DNA of 64,000 nt from Octopus vulgaris (taxonomy: Eukaryota), in contig OX597819.1 in assembly GCA_951406725.2 (NCBI GenBank), forward strand, positions 80,352,001 through 80,416,000. The letters are read 5' to 3'. The position numbers were made by a program, and so were the translations under genes. Below, piece after piece: positions 55,092 to 64,000 of this stretch; position 1 is the first letter of the stretch, and each line of letters begins with the position of its first letter. Below the pieces are notes generated by a model. That model made no database searches. It was given only the letters and a program-made list of their open reading frames with translations, and was not told where the DNA came from.

Positions 55092-55135
<44 letters not shown>

Positions 55136-55142
55136 CACAAAC

Positions 55143-55357
55143 ATATAATTGTTAGAGAGGATAACAAATGTTAAGGCAAGGTAAACATCTCAAGCCGTCT
55201 ACAGTATTGTTATTGGAAAATTCAGAATCTTACACTTGTTTCGGTGATATCCCAGAAACAACTGTAAGACCCTCAATTTTCCAACAATAATATTGTATAC
55301 GACTTGAGATGTTTGCCTTGCCTTGCCTTAATTTTTGTTCTCTTTAGCAATTATATA
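55143..55357. repeat. Imperfect palindrome with arms of about 100 bp
   Basis: AAGGCAAGGTAAACATCTCAAGCCGT...CTTACACTTGTTTC / GAAACAACTGTAAG...ACGACTTGAGATGTTTGCCTTGCCTT. Confidence 0.85.
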
Positions 55358-55492
55358 TCCGCTGCATCGGAAATTTGCAACGGCTCCATAACTACCGTCT
55401 CGGCTATAACCTTAGAGCCCTAGTAATCCGTTACAGCACTTACTTGGCCTACCTAGTCGTTTAGATCACCTGTGAACCAAACCCCCATCCTT

Positions 55493-55545
<53 letters not shown>

Positions 55546-55574
55546 TACCCACGAAATACACATCATTTCTCAAA

Positions 55575-55950
55575 ATTTGTAGTCTTCTGAACTATGAAAC
55601 CTGCATCAACATTTTGGAGGACATAAATTTAAATCGGGATACAGTTTCGACAGTAATGTATCTCTATACCAATTCGCCCCAGATCTTAATTTATGCTAGG
55701 AAATGTAATGGTTGTGATGAAGATTACAAAGGTTAAGCGAAATTTACTTTGAGAAATACAACCAGATAGCAAATAGGGGTTCCTAATACAAAACAGATTC
55801 CACTTAGTGAGCATTCAGATATATATGCAGCAAGCAAATCATTAAAGTTTCTAGGGTTTCAGTTTATTCCGTCCTGACAAATACACACATCAAATACGAA
55901 TAAAAGATATTTTATTAAAAATTCCAAACCAAAACTAAATAAATTAAAAC
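55575..55950 (+). mobile_element. Decayed Penelope GIY-YIG fragment
   Basis: ETCINILE...LIYARKCNGCDEDYKG*AKFTLRN...QIPLSEH; resembles 5340-5530. Confidence 0.65.
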
Positions 55951-56002
55951 ATATCAAACAGAGACATAATGCATTCTCACACACAAACACACACACACAC
56001 AC

Positions 56003-56069
<67 letters not shown>

Positions 56070-56187
56070 ATATATATATGTTTATATATATATAATATAT
56101 AAATATGTATATATATATATAATATATATATAAATATGTATATATATATATATAATATATACAAATATGTATATATATAATATATAA

Positions 56188-56227
<40 letters not shown>

Positions 56228-56322
56228 TATATATATATATGCATATATATATATATATATATAATATATAAATATGTATATATATAATATATAAATATGT
56301 ATATATATAATATATAAATGTG

Positions 56323-56403
<81 letters not shown>

Positions 56404-56754
56404 GCATGCATGTATATATGTATATAGGGTAAATAAATATATATCTATTTACGATTGGCTTACATTTTCATTTCTTGATAATACTTGTTTCAAATTATAT
56501 TTCATTAAATCTGTTCTGGTCATTTCCATCGTGACTTGTGATTTTTTACTCATTTTTTTTGTACACAAAGACACAATGTATTATCCTGTGTACGTTATCC
56601 ATTTATAACGTGGAGCTTGCGATTTCTGGAATGTCTAGGAAGATGGATGAATGTCTCGCAAGGTGAGTAAACGGATGGGCGCATAAAGAGAAACGTATGC
56701 GTGTACACACATTGCGCCCATGTCAACATATAGTCCTGAACAACTATGTATGTA

Positions 56755-56803
<49 letters not shown>

Positions 56804-57142
56804 GACCCCCAAAATACCACTTTTTTTTTTTGAGAAATACGTACAAAGAGAATATGATTTTGAATAAGAACAATTGTTTCTACAGCCTTGGACTTCAAGC
56901 AGGCTATTCACATGCTAGAAATATCAGCCAAATCTCACAAAACTACGATGACAATTCTACTCACCTTTCTGGGTAATTTCCCTCAGTAATACGACAAAGT
57001 GAAATTAAAATTCGAGAAAATAATGGATTTTTTAAAAACAAACGGCATTATTACAAGTAAAACGTGTTTGCACACACAATATGAATGAACACTCCTTTTT
57101 TTCAAGAGTTTGTTGTTATTTCTAGCATGTGAATAAGCCTGC

Positions 57143-58597
57143 TTGCAGTCCAAGGCCGTAGGTATGGGAGGAGGGGATCGAGGTATCACTGGTCCCACTC
57201 CTGAACTATATGGTCGTTACATTGACGACATTATCGGTGCCACCTCACTCTCCCGCGAACATCTAGATTCCTTCCTCTCTTTCGTCCAATCTTTCCATCC
57301 AGCCCTCCACTTCACTTCCACTATCTCCAACACCTCTGTCTCCTTCCTCGACATTTCGGTTAGCATTCTTCACTCCACTCTTACCACCTCCATTCACTAC
57401 AAACACACAGACTCACACTCATACCTCAACTTCTCTTCCTCCCACCCAGAACACACCAAGCTTTCCATCCCCTATTCCCAATTCCTCCGTCTACGTAGGC
57501 TCTGTAGTGACGACCATGACTTTGAGACTCAGTCTCAACGTATGGCTCACCACTTCACCCTACGTGGATACCCCCTCACCACTATCCACACCGCCCTTGC
57601 CAGAGCACGGTCCGTGGACCGTGTATCTGCTCTCTCTCCCCGAACCCGCCCTGTAGTCTCCCGCCTCCCTTTTCCCCTCACTTACCACCCCACGACCCTA
57701 CGTCTCCAACGCACCATTCTTCGAGCTTTCCGTCATCTCCAGTCCGACCCGTCCACTTCACACCTCTTCCCTAACCGACCCCTCCCCTCTTTCAAACGAG
57801 CCCACAACCTTCGAGACCTTTTGGTCCATAGCTCCTTCCCTGACCCTACCTCCCAACCCGGCTCGTTCCCCTGCTCCCGCCCACGTTGCCGCACTTGCCC
57901 TTACCTCTCCAACACCACCCGCCTCACTAGCACCCACCATCGACCCTATCCCATCATCCACTCCTTCACCTGCACCTCCAGCAATATTATCTATTGCATC
58001 TCTTGCTCTCTCTGCAATTCCTTGTACATCGGACAAACGGGACGCCGCTTGGCTGACCGGTTCGCGGAACACCTTCGTGACATCCACCTTGCGAACGACA
58101 CACCGGTCTCACGCCATTTCCGCTCCACCGGTCACTCCTTGCAACACCTATCTGTGTTCGGTTTGTCCTTACACAGAGGCCATCCGGATTCCCGTTTGCG
58201 CCGTGAACAGGAATTAATCTTCTCTCTTCGCTCTTATACGCCATTTGGTCTCAACTCTCCCCCCTCCTCATCTAACCCCCTCTCCCCCCCTCACCTATCC
58301 TTTCCCCCCGACCCCTACTTCTTCAGTCCTTCATCCTTTCACCCCTACTCCCCTTCCCTTCTTCCCTCTTTCTCCCTCCCTCTTCCCCTTCCCTCTGCTC
58401 CCTCACTCCCTCTCTCCCCTTCTCTCTCCCCCTCTCCCTCTTTCCTCCTTCATCCCCCTCCTCCCCCATCCTCTCCTCTTCCCCCTCTCCTCCCCCTCTT
58501 CTTCCCCTCCCCTTCTCTCCCCCCTCTTCTCCCCCCTCTTCTCCTCACTACACCACATGACTTTACACATCACATCACATATGACGTGCCATACTAA
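57143..58597 (+). CDS. Penelope-like element polyprotein, 5'-truncated (RT C-terminus, thumb, Cys linker, GIY-YIG endonuclease)
   Basis: YGRYIDDI, VSFLDISV, TSIHYKHTDSHSYLNFSSSHP..TKLSIPYSQFLRLRRLCS, PCSRPRCRTC, NIIYCISCSLCNSLYIGQTGRRLADRFAEH, REQELI...PFGLN; TE homology starts near 57185 and likely ended near 58275. Confidence 0.93.
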   Translation: MQSKAVGMGGGDRGITGPTPELYGRYIDDIIGATSLSREHLDSFLSFVQSFHPALHFTSTISNTSVSFLDISVSILHSTLTTSIHYKHTDSHSYLNFSSSHPEHTKLSIPYSQFLRLRRLCSDDHDFETQSQRMAHHFTLRGYPLTTIHTALARARSVDRVSALSPRTRPVVSRLPFPLTYHPTTLRLQRTILRAFRHLQSDPSTSHLFPNRPLPSFKRAHNLRDLLVHSSFPDPTSQPGSFPCSRPRCRTCPYLSNTTRLTSTHHRPYPIIHSFTCTSSNIIYCISCSLCNSLYIGQTGRRLADRFAEHLRDIHLANDTPVSRHFRSTGHSLQHLSVFGLSLHRGHPDSRLRREQELIFSLRSYTPFGLNSPPSSSNPLSPPHLSFPPDPYFFSPSSFHPYSPSLLPSFSLPLPLPSAPSLPLSPSLSPSPSFLLHPPPPPSSPLPPLLPLFFPSPSLPPLLPPLLLTTPHDFTHHITYDVPY

Positions 58598-58925
58598 TAC
58601 ACACACCAACTAATACATACTAATACGTACTAATACATACTAGTACATACTAATACATACACCAACCCTATACATACACACGTCCAGACCCCGCATACGC
58701 ACTTATACTCTCTCATACACACACACACACACTTATACATACCAATACGTACTAATACATACTAATACATACTAATACATACACCAACCCCATACATACG
58801 CACGTCCAGACCAATCCTACGCACTAATACTCTCTCATACACACACACACACACACACCCTTATACATACTAATACATACACCAACCCTATACATACACA
58901 CATCCAGACCCCTCCTACGCACTAT
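58590..58925 (+). repeat. Tandem repeats in the PLE 3' UTR (ACTAATACAT 10-mers nested in about 120-bp units)
   Basis: CATACACCAACCC.ATACATAC.CAC.TCCAGACC occurs three times (about 58655, 58778, 58874). Confidence 0.8.
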
Positions 58926-58929
58926 TAGC

Positions 58930-59336
<407 letters not shown>

Positions 59337-59442
59337 CATATATATATATATAAGGTTAATCCAACGGGAAAACAGAAAAAACAGCAACACGTGGAACAAT
59401 TACAGTATTATTATTATTAGGCGCTCAGGAAAATGGAAGAAG

Positions 59443-59488
<46 letters not shown>

Positions 59489-59541
59489 GTATATATATAT
59501 GTATATATATATATGTATATATATATGTATATATATATATG

Positions 59542-59573
<32 letters not shown>

Positions 59574-59823
59574 CACATGCACACACACATACACACACAT
59601 ACATGTATACATGTACATATGTGTATATATGTATATATATATACATACACACATACATATATATATATATATATACCTATAGATATATATGCATATATAT
59701 ATACATATATACACACATATATATGTATACAGATATTTACCGTGCGTATATATTTACTCATATAAATATATGTATGTATGTATGTACGTATGGATGGATA
59801 AGTGGATGGATGGATGGATTGAT

Positions 59824-59903
<80 letters not shown>

Positions 59904-60540
59904 TGTATATACAATTCCCTCATGTGATAAACAGAGAGGCATGTTGCAAACTTTAGCTACAAACCTGTGTGAGATGCAAGTTAGATTAGCAGAGATTCCA
60001 TAACATTCACTAAAACCATTAATGTCTTCAGCATTATGTAATGCCATTTATTCCACTAAGAAAGTAATTCCACACAAATTACATTCTAATATGACATGTA
60101 TTATTACTGTTGAAGTTTTATTATTATAATTTATTTATTATATATTTACGTTCTTTTGTTTTTATTGTTTGATATTAGGTTATAATTTTATTTCTTACTA
60201 CCATTATTATTGTCACCATGACCAGTCTCATCAATATCGTCATCATCATCATCATAACAATCACAATCATCATCATCATCATCATTATTGCTGTTATCGT
60301 GTTTATTATCAATTTTTTTTTATTATCCTTATGTTGTGTATTGCATTTGCCCCTGTGACAAAATGTGAATTTTGGGGATATTTTTGAGGTTTTTGTTTAA
60401 CTGTCATTATTTTATCAACCCTTAAATAAAAACTGAAAGTACATACATACATGCATGCATACATACATACATACACACATACATACGTATGCTGATCCTT
60501 GCGAGTTTGTGTGCAAATATTCACTTGGTTGTATCTATAT

Positions 60541-60657
<117 letters not shown>

Positions 60658-60805
60658 CCCAATATAAGTATATATATGAATATATTGTGATAAACGTACA
60701 CACCCACATACACACACATATATATATATATATATATATGTTAGTAATTTCATTAATGACATTACCAAAAGTAGTAGTAGTATTAACAGTAGTTATAATA
60801 ATAGC

Positions 60806-60836
<31 letters not shown>

Positions 60837-60966
60837 TATCATAGATGTGTATGTGTGTATGTATGCATGTATGAATTTACGCATGGTTTAGTGCAAAAAC
60901 GAGAACAAACAAGGGAAATAGAAAGTCCTCAAAACGAAATGTAATCATAAATGTGTATATGCGTAT

Positions 60967-61015
<49 letters not shown>

Positions 61016-61103
61016 CACACATACATACATATATATACACCCACGAACGTTTATGTATTTATACATACATATGTATATGCACAAACACACACACGCACGC
61101 TCA

Positions 61104-61158
<55 letters not shown>

Positions 61159-61295
61159 ACACTTATATAGTTATGTATATATGCATAATGATACATACGT
61201 ATACACAGCTATACACATCAAAACTGCCATACGTGTGCGCATGAATGTGCTAATTAATGCATAAACCTTAAGACAATCTCCCAAATATAATCAAG

Positions 61296-61346
<51 letters not shown>

Positions 61347-61479
61347 GTAAGCACGCTCACGATTTAATGCACGCATATACATATTCTCATAAATACACAA
61401 CAAATATATATTAAATACCAGCCCAGCAATACAAAACAATTGAAATCCTCAGATTCATAATGTCAATAAAATTGGGTTT

Positions 61480-61721
61480 TACTTGCTATCACAAATTTCA
61501 TCACAATCCGCATGACCATCTCCATCACCACCTTTATGATCATCATCATCATCATCATCGTGGTCGTGGTCGTCGTCGGCATCATCACGGTCATCACTGT
61601 CATTATCACCATCATTACCATCACTATTACAGCCGTCACCGCCGCCTCCGACGCCACCACCACCACCAACAACACCACCGAAAACACAACCATTATCACC
61701 GACACGGCCGCCTCTGCCAAC

Positions 61722-61753
<32 letters not shown>

Positions 61754-62090
61754 CAGCATCATCATCATCATCATCATCATTGTCATCACTACTATCATCC
61801 TATTATCATCTCTACCATTACCTCCAGCAGCAGCACCACCACCACCACCACCACCGCCACCACTATTACTATCATCATCGTCATCCTCTTCGTCATTGTC
61901 ATTGAAACTGGTGTCATCACAATAAATACTACTACGAACACCATCATCACCACCACCACCACTATCACCATCACCACCACCATCATCATCATCACCATCA
62001 TCATCATTATCATCATCATCCTCACCATCATCGTTATTATTGCCATGACCATTATCATCATGCTCACCATTTTCACTACCACCACCGCCA

Positions 62091-62122
<32 letters not shown>

Positions 62123-62617
62123 CGTCATCATCATCATCATCAACAAACAATATCAACATCATCATCATCATCATCATCATCAACACCATCATCATCATCA
62201 ACATCGTCCGCGTTGTCATTGCCATTATCCTCCTCACCATGGCCACCACCACTATCCATCATTATGATCATCATAGCGGGCGTTGGTGTCGTCAGCGTTC
62301 TCGCTGTCGCTGCATTGGTCGTCGTCATTGTATGATACCAGCATTTATCTTCCTTTTAGTAGAAGCACTTTTACAGTTTTATAACTGTCATTATTGCTCA
62401 CTTGCATTGTAGCTGTCTTTTGTCGTCGTTGTTCTTGTTATGGTTGCTGTGGTTGTTGTGGTTTTTGCTTTTGTTGCTGTTGGTGTTGTTGATGTTATTG
62501 TATTTAATCGATTCTGATGTCATTATCGATGTTGCTGCTGTTTATGGGGAAGATGCTAACGGTAACGTTGGACAACGATGGCGACGATGACAACAAGAGC
62601 GGTTATGATGACGTTGC

Positions 62618-62683
<66 letters not shown>

Positions 62684-62690
62684 GAGAGAT
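61480..62690. repeat. (CAT)/(CAC)/(CAA) low-complexity tract followed by a (GTT)/(GAT) tract
   Basis: Direct reading. Confidence 0.85.
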
Positions 62691-62843
62691 GAGGATTTCA
62701 AGTTATACCTTAGGAACCTGCCTCGCGCCTTTTGTACACGCAACTTTCAATGTTTATCGGCCATTTTTACTTAAATACACACACACACATGCATACATAC
62801 ACTGACAACCACACCTACCCACCCCCACACACAAATATGCATT

Positions 62844-62886
<43 letters not shown>

Positions 62887-62930
62887 ATACATATATACAC
62901 AAAAGTTAAGGAATGGAGTAGATAAGATCC

Positions 62931-62996
62931 AGGCTACATATGTTTCAAAGCGAGGCTACATATGTTTCAAAGCAAGGCTACATATGTTTCAAAGCG
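62931..62996. repeat. 22-bp tandem repeat, three copies
   Basis: AGGCTACATATGTTTCAAAGC(G/A) three times. Confidence 0.9.
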
Positions 62997-63288
62997 AGCG
63001 GAACCGCGTAAGTGGAAAATATCCAAGCGAGGTGTATGCCGCAGGCTACCTCTTCAGGCTAAGGATATCTTGATAAATGAAAGTTTACATTGTCGCAAGA
63101 AGGTGCATGCTAACACATGGAAGATTCGATCATAATGTGTAGAGAGCACAGTCGGAGTAGAGAATATAAATTTAGAGAGGAATTAGGATTAAAAGAAGGA
63201 AAAGGAAAAAAAAACCTAAGGGAGTGAGAAGAGGAATTTCAGCAAGGTTATTCGACGGCTAGTATTCAATAAGGCTATTTTGGGCCAC

Positions 63289-63595
63289 ACAGCAAATTAC
63301 GTAATCTTACTTACATAATTGTCCGTAGATCATCTTAAATTTAAAATTAAATTAATAAGTTCTTTAACTGGCAAAGGCCGCTGCAGTAAAGTATTATCTG
63401 CAGCATCAGTTTTTCCCGGTAATTTAGCACGCCAAAACGAGGACATTTTAAATAGTAGCCACGAGTGTAATGGGTAGGACTGTTTTACAAGTCTGACTTT
63501 GTGCGGACGTCCTAGTATGCAGTCTTACAAATTATATTCACCTGGACGGTCGTACCGATGATCTACTTATGTAAGTAAGATTACGTGATTTGTTG
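63289..63595. mobile_element. MITE-like element with about 35-40-bp terminal inverted repeats
   Basis: CAAATTACGTAATCTTACTTACATAA..GTAGATCATC versus GATGATCTACTTATGTAAGTAAGATTACGTGATTTG. Confidence 0.6.
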
Positions 63596-63775
63596 ATAGT
63601 GAAACATGATAACGAATAATCCATATTTTTATTACTTTTTCTTTTGTCTTTCTCGATTACGTTTTGGTTGTTTTGCTAAATTTTTCTTGAGAACAATTCT
63701 TGGTTGTGAGACCGTAGCCGATCTATTTCTAGCATAAGGGTGTCCAAATAGTGGTTTCCCTCTAATATATATATA

Positions 63776-63940
63776 GGCTTAGGAGTGGCTGTGTGGTAAG
63801 TAGCTTGCTTACGAATCACATGGTTCCGGGTTCAGTCCCACTGCGTGGCACTTTGGGCAGGTGTCTTCTACATTTCTCCTCGGGCCGACCAAAGCTTTGT
63901 GAGTGGATTTGATAGACGGAAACTGAAAGAAGCCCGTCGT
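63776..63940 (+). mobile_element. SINE family A head (element probably continues past the window end)
   Basis: A box TGGCTGTGTGG, B box GGTTCAGTCCC, CORE-like CACTTTGGGCAGGTGTCTTC, then (TA)/(TG). Confidence 0.85.
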
Positions 63941-63947
63941 ATATATG

Positions 63948-63998
<51 letters not shown>

Positions 63999-64000
63999 CT

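Noticed and set aside
61460-62335. 291-aa His/Ile/Thr-rich ORF as a metal-binding protein
   Set aside because: The homopolymer identity changes with frame slips in one (CAT/CAC)n tract, and overlapping frames are equally open
62931-62996. Short direct repeats here and at 34780-34842 and 58590-58925 considered as CRISPR arrays
   Set aside because: No unique spacers of uniform length, no cas genes, and a eukaryotic context

Overview
Eukaryotic, AT-rich, repeat-saturated non-coding DNA (intergenic or intronic). The very high (TA)n/(CA)n/(TACA)n/(GATA)n/(AAT)n load together with these tRNA-SINE families suggests a coleoid cephalopod such as Octopus; this is inferred from pattern recognition, not a database hit. 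I recognise no host protein-coding exon, and nearly all ORF-track entries are microsatellite artefacts. The real coding remnants are transposon-derived: Penelope-like elements (RT plus GIY-YIG, best preserved at 57143-59230), a TIR-to-TIR pogo-type element (16234-19593), mariner/Tc1 fragments, R4/Dong-type RLE retrotransposon fragments and a CR1-group LINE relic. At least five tRNA-derived SINE families are present. The most interesting signal is a set of small non-coding elements carrying minimal hammerhead-ribozyme motifs: Penelope pLTRs, a solo pLTR with a flanking duplication, a fold-back element present twice with matching ends and 13-bp TSDs whose core has a compensatory U3-A8 change, and a tRNA-headed SINE with a hammerhead remnant in its tail. 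Different element families also appear to occupy different microsatellite types. Coordinates were read by eye and may be off by a few bases.
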